This document shows, piece by piece, positions 8,985 to 17,571 of a DNA stretch of 24,000 nt. Source of the stretch: Clostridium tetani (GTDB lineage Bacteria > Bacillota > Clostridia > Clostridiales > Clostridiaceae); the NCBI RefSeq assembly GCF_900167265.1, contig NZ_FUWT01000002.1:396770-420769 (forward strand), read 5' to 3'. How positions within the stretch are numbered: position 1 is the first letter of the stretch; every line of letters begins with the position of its first letter. A program made the position numbers and the translations under genes. The notes below the pieces were generated by a model, which was given only the letters and a program-made list of their open reading frames with translations, had not been told where the DNA came from and did not search any database.

Positions 8985-9446
8985 ATGAAAAGAAAGAAAT
9001 CTAGAGAAATGACAATGCAATTACTATTTGAAATGATGATAAAGAAAGAAAACTATGTGGAAATAATAAATACTTTAAAGGAAGCCTTAACAGAAGAAGA
9101 GGATATAAATAGTATTTTAGGCGAGAAAAAAGAAATGGATGAGGAAAGAATAGATTTAGACGAAGTGGATTTAGAGTATTTAATACATACATTAAAAGGT
9201 GTAGAAGAAAATTCTAAGGTTTTAGATGAACATATTGAAAAATACTTAAAAAACTGGACACTAAATAGATTAGCTAAAGTTGATTTAGCTATATTAAGAT
9301 TATGTTCATATGAAATTTTATTTAGTAATGAAGTACCAGATAATGTGGCAATAAACGAGGGAGTGGAATTAGCTAAAAAGTATGGAGATGACAAATCACC
9401 AGCCTTTATAAATGCTGTTCTAGATAAAATTGCGAAACAAATGTAA
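8985..9446 (+). CDS. nusB: Transcription antitermination factor NusB
   Basis: 153 aa. 'R..AMQLLFE'-like N-terminus, 'LAILRLCSYEILF' and 'AFINAVLDKI' are typical NusB helices. AGGAGG RBS. Confidence 0.9.
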   Translation: MKRKKSREMTMQLLFEMMIKKENYVEIINTLKEALTEEEDINSILGEKKEMDEERIDLDEVDLEYLIHTLKGVEENSKVLDEHIEKYLKNWTLNRLAKVDLAILRLCSYEILFSNEVPDNVAINEGVELAKKYGDDKSPAFINAVLDKIAKQM

Positions 9447-9461
9447 TAGGAGGCACTAACA

Positions 9462-10298
9462 ATGGCAGTAGCTATAGATGGAAAAAGAGTTTCAGAAGAG
9501 TTAAGAAAAGAGTTGAAGAACTTCATTGATGAAAGAGTAGAAAAAGGTTTAAAGGTACCTTGTGTATCAAGTATATTAATAGGAAATGATAAAGGCTCTC
9601 TTTTTTACATAAAAAATCAAAGGAGAATATGTAAAGAAATAGGAATAGAGTTTAAAAATATAGTTTTAGAGGAAAATATAGAAGAAGATAAAATAATAGA
9701 AGTAATAGAAGATTTAAATAAAGATGAAAATGTACATGGAATTATACTTCAAATGCCTCTTCCAAAGACATTAGATGAGGAGAAAATAGTAAATAAGATA
9801 TGCCCATCTAAGGATATAGATGGTCTAACAGATATAAATGCAGGAAGATTTTATAAAGGAGAAAAATGTTTTATACCATGTACAGCTCAGGGAATAATAG
9901 AAATAATAAAAAGTACCAAGGAAAGCATATCTGGTAAAAAGGCAGTAGTTTTGGGAAGAAGCGTTATAGTTGGAAAGCCTGTAGCTCAACTTTTAGTAAA
10001 TGAAGATGCTACAGTTACCATTTGTCATTCAAAAACAAAGGATATAAAATCTCTATGTAAAGAAGCTGATATAATTGTTTCAGCTATGGGTATACCTAAA
10101 TTTGTTAAGGAAGATTTTATAAAAGATGGTGCCATAGTAATAGATGTAGGTTTCTCAGTATTAGATGGCAAAATGGTGGGAGATATAGATTACGATAATG
10201 TATTTAAAAAAGCTGGATTTATAACACCAGTTCCAGGAGGTGTAGGTTCAGTAACTCCAACAATGCTTATAAAAAATTTATGTGAGGTTTTTAAATAA
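9462..10298 (+). CDS. folD: Bifunctional methylenetetrahydrofolate dehydrogenase/cyclohydrolase
   Basis: 'GIILQMPLP', '[14 protein letters not shown]' and '[15 protein letters not shown]' are FolD signature segments. Confidence 0.95.
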   Translation: MAVAIDGKRVSEELRKELKNFIDERVEKGLKVPCVSSILIGNDKGSLFYIKNQRRICKEIGIEFKNIVLEENIEEDKIIEVIEDLNKDENVHGIILQMPLPKTLDEEKIVNKICPSKDIDGLTDINAGRFYKGEKCFIPCTAQGIIEIIKSTKESISGKKAVVLGRSVIVGKPVAQLLVNEDATVTICHSKTKDIKSLCKEADIIVSAMGIPKFVKEDFIKDGAIVIDVGFSVLDGKMVGDIDYDNVFKKAGFITPVPGGVGSVTPTMLIKNLCEVFK

Positions 10299-11488
10299 TG
10301 TATATAAAGGTTCTTTCTGTAACGGATATAAATAATTACATAAAAAACACCATGGATAATGATTTTATATTAAATAATGCGTCTATAAGAGGAGAGATAT
10401 CTAATTTTAAAATTCATTCCTCAGGACATGTTTATTTTTCTATGAAGGATCAGTGGAGTAAAATAAACTGTGTAATGTTTAGAAGTGCAGCAAAAGGGTT
10501 AAAATTCTTACCAGAGGATGGAATGAAAATTATTGCAAATGGAAGAATTTCTGCCTATGTAAAGGACGGATCTTATCAACTTTATTGTGATAAATTGGAA
10601 TTAGAGGGTTTAGGAGAATTATATATAGCCTTTGAAAAACTAAAAAATAAATTAGAAAAAGAGGGGCTTTTCAAAGAGGAATGCAAAAAAAGCTTACCAC
10701 AATATGCTAAAAAGATAGGAGTAATAACTTCTGAGACAGGAGCAGCTATAAGGGATATAATAAATGTAGCCACTAGAAGAAATAAAAATTGTGAAATTCT
10801 AATTTATCCCTCCTTAGTTCAAGGAACTAATGCTAGTTCTGATATAATTAAAGGTATAAAAGAATTAAATAAAGTAAAGGATTTAGATGTTATAATTTTA
10901 GCACGTGGTGGAGGTTCTATAGAAGAACTATGGGTTTTTAATGATGAAGAGTTAGCAAGAGAGATTTTTAAATCTAAAGTACCAATAATTACAGGGGTAG
11001 GTCATGAAACTGACTTTACCATAGCAGACTTTGTAAGTGATAAAAGAGCTCCTACACCTTCTGCTGCTGCAGAAATAGCTATAAAAGATTTGCAGGAGTT
11101 AAATAGTAGACTGGAAAACTATAAAAACGCATTAAACTATTATGTTTTAAATAATTTAAAAGAAAAATACAACAAATTAGATAGGCTTAAACTTTCTATG
11201 GAGGGAAATAGTCCAGAAAGGATTATAATAAATGAATATAATAAAATTGATTTTATTATAAATAAACTAAATTCATATATAAAAATAGAAGTAGATAAGA
11301 GGAAAGAAGAATTATCAAGAATGTCAATTTTACTTTCCTCTAATAATCCGTTAAATATATTAAATAAGGGTTATTCTGTCATTCAAGATGGAACAGGAAA
11401 AGTCATAAATACCATTAAAGAACTGGATAAAGAGAAGAAAGTAACTATTAATTTAAAGGATGGGAAAAAAGAATACCAAATTCAGTGA
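10298..11488 (+). CDS. xseA: Exodeoxyribonuclease VII large subunit
   Basis: N-terminal OB fold '[22 protein letters not shown]', then '[15 protein letters not shown]', '[11 protein letters not shown]' and '[14 protein letters not shown]'. The start overlaps the folD stop (TAATG). Confidence 0.92.
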   Translation: MYIKVLSVTDINNYIKNTMDNDFILNNASIRGEISNFKIHSSGHVYFSMKDQWSKINCVMFRSAAKGLKFLPEDGMKIIANGRISAYVKDGSYQLYCDKLELEGLGELYIAFEKLKNKLEKEGLFKEECKKSLPQYAKKIGVITSETGAAIRDIINVATRRNKNCEILIYPSLVQGTNASSDIIKGIKELNKVKDLDVIILARGGGSIEELWVFNDEELAREIFKSKVPIITGVGHETDFTIADFVSDKRAPTPSAAAEIAIKDLQELNSRLENYKNALNYYVLNNLKEKYNKLDRLKLSMEGNSPERIIINEYNKIDFIINKLNSYIKIEVDKRKEELSRMSILLSSNNPLNILNKGYSVIQDGTGKVINTIKELDKEKKVTINLKDGKKEYQIQ

Positions 11489-11499
11489 ACAACTTTAAT

Positions 11500-11549
11500 T
11501 AATGAACAATGAAGGATGATTTTCTTCCACAATTATTCATTGTTCATTA
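11500..11549. repeat. Perfect 14-bp inverted repeat (22-nt spacer) in the xseA-xseB gap
   Basis: taatgaacaatgaa (11500..11513) is the exact reverse complement of ttcattgttcatta (11536..11549). A further TTATTCATT copy lies at 11554..11562. Confidence 0.9.
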
Positions 11550-11581
11550 TTAGTTATTCATTAACAAAAGGGAGTGTTATT

Positions 11582-11806
11582 GTGGCCGCAAAAAAGGATA
11601 ACTATGAAGGATTAATAAAAGAATTAGAAGAAGTAGTTACCCAAATGGAGAATGGGGAACTTTCATTAGATAAATCTATGGACCTATATGAAAAGGGAAT
11701 AAAACTCAGCAATAAAATTTACAAAATATTAAACGATGCAGAGGGAAAGATAAAAATATTTACAGAAGAAGGAGAGAAAAACTTTTTACAAGAGGAAAAG
11801 AAATAA
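11582..11806 (+). CDS. xseB: Exodeoxyribonuclease VII small subunit
   Basis: ~74 aa from GTG 11582, 7 nt after AAGGGAG. 'LEEVVTQMENGELSLDKSMDLYEKGIKL' is the XseB core. The ORF-track ATG 11516 would add a hydrophobic extension across the hairpin and has no RBS. Confidence 0.85.
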   Translation: MAAKKDNYEGLIKELEEVVTQMENGELSLDKSMDLYEKGIKLSNKIYKILNDAEGKIKIFTEEGEKNFLQEEKK

Positions 11807-11831
11807 TAGTTTATAATAGGAGGTTAAGTTT

Positions 11832-12701
11832 TTGAATTTAAATTCATATAAAGATGAAGTAGACACATGGTTAAAAGAATACTTTAAAGATAAGGGAACT
11901 TATAATAAAAGTGTGTATGAAGCTATGTCCTATAGTGTAAATATAGGGGGAAAGAGAATACGACCTATATTAGCACTAATTACGTATAAAATATACAATA
12001 AAAACTACAAAGAAGCCCTTTCAATAGCTTGTGCAATAGAAATGATACACACTTATTCATTGATACATGATGACTTACCATGTATGGATGATGATGATTT
12101 AAGAAGAGGCAAGCCAACTAATCATAAAGTTTTTGGAGATGGATTAGCAGTTTTAGCAGGAGATGGATTATTAAATGAGGCATTTAATATTATATTGAAA
12201 AACGGTTGCCAAAAAGGTATGACATGGGTTGAAGCTGGATACGAAATAGGAAAAGCTTCCGGAGTTGAGGGAATGATTGGAGGTCAAGTGGTAGATGTTT
12301 TAAATACAAACAAAAGTATAGAAATTGAAGAACTTGATTATATCCATGAAAAAAAGACTGCGGCTTTAATAACAGCGTCTATAATGACAGGGGCAATTCT
12401 TGGTGAAGCCAATGAAAAAGATACAACTATTTTAAAGGAATTTGGTAAAAAATTAGGTTTGGCTTTTCAAATAAAAGATGATATCTTAGATATTGAAAGT
12501 GATACAAGAAAGCTAGGGAAAACCATAGGAAAAGATAAAGAACAAAATAAAAATACTTTTGTTAAATTTTATGGATTAGAAAAATGCAAAAAAATGTGTA
12601 AAGACTTAACAAGTAGTTGCATAGAATTATTACAAAACATGAATAAAGACACTAAAGAATTAGAAGAAATCACTTTATATTTGTTAAATAGAGATTTTTG
12701 A
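11832..12701 (+). CDS. ispA: Farnesyl/geranyl diphosphate synthase (polyprenyl synthetase)
   Basis: First Asp-rich motif 'LIHDDLPCMDDDDLRRG' and second 'FQIKDDILD'. TTG start 8 nt after AGGAGG (11818..11823). Confidence 0.9.
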   Translation: MNLNSYKDEVDTWLKEYFKDKGTYNKSVYEAMSYSVNIGGKRIRPILALITYKIYNKNYKEALSIACAIEMIHTYSLIHDDLPCMDDDDLRRGKPTNHKVFGDGLAVLAGDGLLNEAFNIILKNGCQKGMTWVEAGYEIGKASGVEGMIGGQVVDVLNTNKSIEIEELDYIHEKKTAALITASIMTGAILGEANEKDTTILKEFGKKLGLAFQIKDDILDIESDTRKLGKTIGKDKEQNKNTFVKFYGLEKCKKMCKDLTSSCIELLQNMNKDTKELEEITLYLLNRDF

Positions 12702-12724
12702 TAGAATATAAACTTTTTTATTAA

Positions 12725-12753
12725 TTGACTTTAATTTAAAAATAGGTTAGAAT
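12725..12753 (+). promoter_or_regulatory. Candidate sigma-A promoter P1 in the ispA-OLE gap
   Basis: TTGACT (12725..12730), exactly 17-nt spacer, TAGAAT (12748..12753). No terminator hairpin is visible between the ispA stop and this site. Confidence 0.45.
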
Positions 12754-12793
12754 TATGAACCATTGATTATAAGTTTTATATTCAAATTTAATT

Positions 12794-12822
12794 TTGACTG
12801 TAAGTGAAATTTATGATATTTT
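12794..12822 (+). promoter_or_regulatory. Candidate sigma-A promoter P2 just upstream of the structured RNA 5' end
   Basis: TTGACT (12794..12799), 17-nt spacer, TATTTT (12817..12822), a weak -10. This would put a transcription start a few nt before the terminal helix at ~12832. Confidence 0.3.
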
Positions 12823-12835
12823 TCTAATAGGAAAA

Positions 12836-13416
12836 GGTGGCACAGTATTCTAGTCAGGTAAGTATTTCTTGAAGGCGGGGCTAAAAATCCGCCAAAGGGC
12901 ATATCGATGAAGCTTCTGGTGCTGGCTTATGACGCCCAGTTATGGGCTGGTGCTGGGAGTAAGAAGGATGGGGCGGCCGCAATGGCATGCGCAACTGACC
13001 CTACCTTCATGGAGACCATTAATTGTGTTTTAGGTTAGTCGCCTATTGTACGATAATGGATTAAACCTGTATTGTGGTTAAAAGCTATGTGCAGTGTAGC
13101 CTGCCTTGAGTGATGTAGGGAGAGGTAATATCAACTTTAACCTTTGGCCAAAGGTTAAAGCTCTTGGTTACTGAAACCTACATTGCAAAAGAGGCTAGAG
13201 ATATACCTAACTGTCGAGGAAATCTCCTAGACTGTTCCATTTTGTATGAAGTGAATTAAGGATTATAGTGCGGACTAAGTGGTAATCCAGTCCTACTTAT
13301 TGGTAACAAAGTAGATAGGGTATTAAAGGGAAACCGTCAAAATGGCGACATTTTGGTTACTCTATGGGAAAGCCTACTGGACCTAAGCCGTAAGGTTTAC
13401 TTAATTTACTGCCACT
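12836..13416 (+). ncRNA. ole: OLE (ornate, large, extremophilic) RNA; boundaries approximate (+/- ~15 nt)
   Basis: The ORF track has no ORF of 60 aa or more in any frame across 12702..13445. G+C is locally high: I counted 32/60 for 12901..12960 and 34/60 for 12961..13020, against 10/60 for 12661..12720. A terminal helix pairs 12832..12842 (aaaaggtggca) with 13410..13420 (tgccacttttt). Many internal and nested helices are present. The synteny ispA-RNA-small TM protein-dxs-tlyA-nadK-argR-recN is the published OLE context. Confidence 0.8.
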
Positions 13417-13445
13417 TTTTTCTGGAAAATTTATGGAGGAGCTAA

Positions 13446-14021
13446 TTGGATAAGATAGTTAAGTCGAATAATAAAGAAAAGAAAAATGGTAAAAAGAATT
13501 CTAATAGTAAATGGATAGTTACTATTATATTTTGGACAATATTAATATCTGGAGGGGTAAGCCTTCTATCTGATATGCTACTAAGAAATGTAAATATATT
13601 AGTAGCTTTTATTATATTAATTTTTATTATTTCAATAGGTATAATTTTTGATATAATAGGGGTAGCGGTAACAGCTGCTGAAGAAAGACCTTTTCACTCT
13701 AAGGCTTCTAAAAAAGTTCCAGGTGCTAAGATAGCTGTTAAGCTTATAAGAAATGCAGATAAGGTATCAAACTTTTGCAATGACGTAGTAGGTGACGTTT
13801 GTGGAATAATAAGTGGTACTACAGGAGCTGTGATAGTTTCCAAGATTATAAAACAGACAGCTGGGTTAAATGTGACTTTAACCACTGCTATTATTGGATC
13901 TTTAATTGCAGCTTTAACTATAGGTGGCAAAGCCTGGGGTAAAAGTTTTGCAATAAAACAAAGCGAAATTATAATTGACAAGGTATCTAGAATAATTTAT
14001 ATTGTGAAAAAGGAACGATGA
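13446..14021 (+). CDS. oapA: OLE-associated protein A (small 4-TM membrane protein)
   Basis: 191 aa, TTG start 6 nt after GGAGGA (13435..13440). Lys-rich N-terminus ([17 protein letters not shown]) and four hydrophobic segments. It lies immediately 3' of the structured RNA and overlaps the dxs start, as described for oapA. Confidence 0.75.
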   Translation: MDKIVKSNNKEKKNGKKNSNSKWIVTIIFWTILISGGVSLLSDMLLRNVNILVAFIILIFIISIGIIFDIIGVAVTAAEERPFHSKASKKVPGAKIAVKLIRNADKVSNFCNDVVGDVCGIISGTTGAVIVSKIIKQTAGLNVTLTTAIIGSLIAALTIGGKAWGKSFAIKQSEIIIDKVSRIIYIVKKER

Positions 14022-15880
14022 TAATGATTAATACTCTTGATAGGTACAAAGATGTTTATGATATAAAAAATATGTCTTTAGATGAACTAAATTTATTATC
14101 TAGAGAATTAAGAAATTTTATAATAGAAAGTGTTTCTCAAAATGGAGGACATCTTGCTTCAAATCTAGGTGTAGTAGAATTAACTTTAAGTTTATATAAT
14201 GTATTTGATTTTTCTTATGATAAATTAATTTGGGATGTAGGACATCAGTGTTATGTACATAAAATACTCACAGGAAGACGTAGTGGCTTCCAAAACCTTA
14301 GAAAAATAAATGGATTAAGTGGTTTTCCAAAGAGGTGCGAAAGTAAATTTGATCATTTTGAAACAGGTCATAGTAGTACCTCTATTTCTAGTGCTCTAGG
14401 TATGGCAAGAGCTAGAGATTTAAAAGGAGAAAACTATAATGTAGTTGCTGTAATAGGAGATGGAGCTTTAACAGGGGGAATGGCTTTAGAAGCCTTAAAT
14501 GATGTTGGAGATAATAAAACAAAATTAACAATAATTTTAAACGACAATCAAATGTCCATAGGTAAAAATGTAGGTGGATTATCTACATATTTAAGTAGTT
14601 TAAGAATAGATCCAAATTATAATAAATTTAAAAGAGATGTGGAGGGAATTATAAAAAAAATTCCTAATATTGGAAAGGGAGTGGCTAAAAACTTAGAAAG
14701 AGTTAAAGATGGAGTAAAACAAGTACTTGTACCTGGAATGCTTTTTGAAAATATGGGTATAAAGTATTTTGGACCTATAGATGGACATAACATAAAACAG
14801 TTAAGTAAGGTAATGGATAAAGCTAAAAATATGAAAGAACCTGTGATTATTCATGTTGTAACTACTAAGGGGAAAGGATATAAATTTGCAGAGCAGAATC
14901 CAGATAAATTTCATGGAATAGGTTCTTTTGATTACATGACAGGTTGCTCTAAAAAAAGTAAAGGGGTTACATATTCTAAAGCTTTTGGAAAAGCTATGGT
15001 AAGTATTGCATCTAAAGATAAAAGGGTAGTTGCTATAACTGCTGCCATGAAGGATGGAACGGGATTAAATGAGTTTTCAAATAAATTTAAAAATAGAATC
15101 TTCGATGTAGGTATTGCAGAGCAACATGCCGTTACTATGGCAGCAGGCATGGCAACAGCAGGATTAAGACCAGTCTTTTCAGTGTATTCTACATTTTTAC
15201 AAAGAGCCTACGACCAAGTATTACATGATGTATGCATACAAAACTTACCCGTAGTTTTTGCCATAGATAGGGCTGGATTAGTTGGAGAAGATGGAGAAAC
15301 TCATCAAGGAGTTTTTGATATGTCCTATTTATCTCATATGCCTAACATGACTATAATGGCTCCTAAATGTGTAGAGGAATTAGAATTTATGTTAAATTGG
15401 GCATTAAGCCAAGAGTCGCCTATAGCTATAAGATATCCCAAAGGTGAAAGTAGACTAAATTTAAAGCCTATTAAAAATTTTCAAAAAGGTAAATGGGAGG
15501 TTTTAGAAGATAAAGGCAAAATTTCCATTATTGCTACGGGCAGAATGGTGGAAAAGGCATTCAATGTGAAAGAAACTTTAAAGGAACGAAATATAGATAT
15601 AGGTTTAATTAATGCTACATTTGTTAAACCTATTGATAAAGAGATGTTAAATAAAATAATAGATGAAGAAAAAACTATAATAACTTTAGAAGATAATGTG
15701 ATCTTAGGAGGATTTGGAAACTCGGTATTGAATTATGTAAGAGATACAAATTCTAATATAAAGGTTGTTAACTTAGGATTTAAAGATGAATTCATACCAC
15801 ATGGAAAAGTAGATGATTTATTTAAAATGTATGGTTTGGATGAAGAAGCTATACTAAAAGAAGTTATGAAATTAATGTAA
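14018..15880 (+). CDS. dxs: 1-deoxy-D-xylulose-5-phosphate synthase
   Basis: 620 aa. '[14 protein letters not shown]', '[14 protein letters not shown]' and '[15 protein letters not shown]' form the TPP-binding region, plus a transketolase-like C-terminus. ATG 14018 (or 14024) overlaps the oapA stop (ATGA). Confidence 0.95.
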   Translation: MIMINTLDRYKDVYDIKNMSLDELNLLSRELRNFIIESVSQNGGHLASNLGVVELTLSLYNVFDFSYDKLIWDVGHQCYVHKILTGRRSGFQNLRKINGLSGFPKRCESKFDHFETGHSSTSISSALGMARARDLKGENYNVVAVIGDGALTGGMALEALNDVGDNKTKLTIILNDNQMSIGKNVGGLSTYLSSLRIDPNYNKFKRDVEGIIKKIPNIGKGVAKNLERVKDGVKQVLVPGMLFENMGIKYFGPIDGHNIKQLSKVMDKAKNMKEPVIIHVVTTKGKGYKFAEQNPDKFHGIGSFDYMTGCSKKSKGVTYSKAFGKAMVSIASKDKRVVAITAAMKDGTGLNEFSNKFKNRIFDVGIAEQHAVTMAAGMATAGLRPVFSVYSTFLQRAYDQVLHDVCIQNLPVVFAIDRAGLVGEDGETHQGVFDMSYLSHMPNMTIMAPKCVEELEFMLNWALSQESPIAIRYPKGESRLNLKPIKNFQKGKWEVLEDKGKISIIATGRMVEKAFNVKETLKERNIDIGLINATFVKPIDKEMLNKIIDEEKTIITLEDNVILGGFGNSVLNYVRDTNSNIKVVNLGFKDEFIPHGKVDDLFKMYGLDEEAILKEVMKLM

Positions 15881-15901
15881 GTTATTTTAAAGGAGACAAT
15901 T

Positions 15902-16720
15902 ATGGCAGAGAAAAAACTTAGACTAGATTTATTATTAGTAGAAAAAGAAATTTTTACATCTAGAGAAAGAGCTAGATCTAGTATAATGGCAGGAGAAATA
16001 TTCGTAGATGGAATTAGAAAAGATAAATGTGGAGAAAAAATTAATGTAGATGCAAAAATTGAATTTAAAGGAGATACAATGCCCTATGTAAGCAGGGGAG
16101 GATATAAATTAGAAAAGGCAATAAAAGACTTTAATGTAGATTTAAAGGATAAAGTTTGTTTAGATATAGGAGCATCTACTGGAGGTTTTACCGATTGTAT
16201 GCTTCAAAATCATGCTAAAAAAGTATACTCCATAGATGTAGGATATGGTCAATTAGCATGGAAACTTAGAACGAATCCTAAAGTAGTCTGTATGGAAAGA
16301 ACAAATTTTAGACATATAAAATTTGAACATATAGGAGAATATGCTGATTTTGCAAGTATTGATGTGTCTTTTATTTCTCTTGAAAAAATAATTCCAGCGG
16401 CTATTAATATATTAAATGATAAAGGAGAAATAGTTGCATTAATAAAGCCGCAATTTGAAGCAGGAAGAGAAAAAGTAGGTAAAAAAGGAGTAGTTAGAGA
16501 AAAATCTACGCATATAGAAGTAATAGAAAAGATTGTGGATTTTGCTAAAACATTGGATTTGAAAATAAAAGGTATAAATTATTCGCCTATTAAAGGTCCA
16601 GAAGGTAATATCGAGTATTTACTTTATATTACCAAGGATGAAAAGTATAATGAAATATTTTCTAAGGAATTAATAAATGATATAGTGGAGGTATCACATA
16701 AGGACTTAGATGAAAGGTAG
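15902..16720 (+). CDS. tlyA: TlyA-family rRNA 2'-O-methyltransferase (S4 domain + FtsJ-like MTase)
   Basis: N-terminal S4-like 'RLDLLLVEKEIFTSRERARSSIMAGEIFVDG' and SAM-binding 'CLDIGASTGGFTDCML'. Confidence 0.85.
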   Translation: MAEKKLRLDLLLVEKEIFTSRERARSSIMAGEIFVDGIRKDKCGEKINVDAKIEFKGDTMPYVSRGGYKLEKAIKDFNVDLKDKVCLDIGASTGGFTDCMLQNHAKKVYSIDVGYGQLAWKLRTNPKVVCMERTNFRHIKFEHIGEYADFASIDVSFISLEKIIPAAINILNDKGEIVALIKPQFEAGREKVGKKGVVREKSTHIEVIEKIVDFAKTLDLKIKGINYSPIKGPEGNIEYLLYITKDEKYNEIFSKELINDIVEVSHKDLDER

Positions 16721-16728
16721 ATAATATT

Positions 16729-17553
16729 ATGAGATATATAGGGATAAATGTTAATACTGGTAAGGACGTGGAGGGTAGACTTTTAAAAAAAATAGTAGAG
16801 GCAATAGAAGATAACTGTAAAGATGTAGAAGTTAAGATTTATAAAGATTCTATAGGTCTTGAAAAGAAGGAAACAGAAAATTTAGAGGTTGTAATTGTAT
16901 TAGGTGGAGATGGAACAATTCTTAAAGCTTCTAAATATTTAGCTAAATATAATGTGCCTATTTTAGGAATAAATATAGGAAATTTAGGTTTTTTGACGGA
17001 AACTGAAAGCTCTAACTTTATTTTCTCTATTAGAAACTATTTTAAAGGTAAATATTATATAGAGGAAAGAAATATGGTGCAGTGTACTACTGAATATAAA
17101 GGCATAAAAAAAGAGTTTCATGGTTTAAATGATATAGTAGTTACAAAAGGTGATGTAGGCAAAACTGCTAAATATGATCTATATATAGATGGAAATTTTT
17201 ATACTAAATTAAGCTCTGATGGTGTTATAGTATCTACATCTACAGGATCTACAGCCTATTCCTTGTCTGCTGGTGGTCCCATAATTTATCCCACACTAGA
17301 TGCTTTATGTCTAACACCTATCTGCGGTCATTCTTTGAGAATCAGAAGTATTGTGCTAAATCATAAAAGTATAATAAAAATAATTTCACAAAGTGAAAAT
17401 GTAATTTTAACAGTAGATGGAGAAGAAATTAATTTTTTAGAAAATGTAAAAGAGTTTTTAATAACATCCTCTCCTTATAAATGTAAACTAATAAAATTAG
17501 AAGGAGAACATAGGGATTATTATAGTATATTAAGAAATAAATTATACCTATAA
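16729..17553 (+). CDS. nadK: NAD kinase
   Basis: 'LGGDGTILKA', 'NDIVV' and 'STSTGSTAYSLSAGGPI' are NAD kinase motifs. Confidence 0.9.
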   Translation: MRYIGINVNTGKDVEGRLLKKIVEAIEDNCKDVEVKIYKDSIGLEKKETENLEVVIVLGGDGTILKASKYLAKYNVPILGINIGNLGFLTETESSNFIFSIRNYFKGKYYIEERNMVQCTTEYKGIKKEFHGLNDIVVTKGDVGKTAKYDLYIDGNFYTKLSSDGVIVSTSTGSTAYSLSAGGPIIYPTLDALCLTPICGHSLRIRSIVLNHKSIIKIISQSENVILTVDGEEINFLENVKEFLITSSPYKCKLIKLEGEHRDYYSILRNKLYL

Positions 17554-17571
17554 GAATGAGAAGGTGATGCT

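Noticed and set aside
10296-10300. TAATG stop/start overlaps (folD/xseA here, integrase/HTH at 23268..23272) and the oapA/dxs overlap, considered as programmed frameshift or fusion signals.
   Set aside because: These are ordinary translational-coupling overlaps in compact operons. Both partners of each pair are full-length, independent proteins.
11516-11581. N-terminal extension of xseB from ATG 11516, as in the ORF track.
   Set aside because: The extension (MIFFHNYSLFIISYSLTKGSVI) is hydrophobic and unlike XseB, has no RBS, and runs through the 3' arm of the 14-bp inverted repeat. GTG 11582 has AAGGGAG at ideal spacing.
12973-12980. A NotI site (GCGGCCGC) and locally high G+C, raising the possibility of a cloning or vector artefact or foreign DNA insertion.
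   Set aside because: The site sits inside a continuous structured region whose two ends pair with each other, and whose gene context is the native OLE context. There are no vector-like sequences or abrupt junctions.
12702-13445. Alternative identities for the ORF-free region: riboswitch or T-box leader of the downstream gene, group II intron, tmRNA, RNase P RNA, rRNA fragment or pseudogene remnant.
   Set aside because: It is too long (~580 nt) for a riboswitch or T-box, and no terminator/antiterminator pair precedes the downstream start. There is no intron-encoded protein and no recognisable domain V. There is no tRNA-like 3' end or tag ORF as in tmRNA. No frame retains a decayed ORF. Synteny fits OLE specifically.
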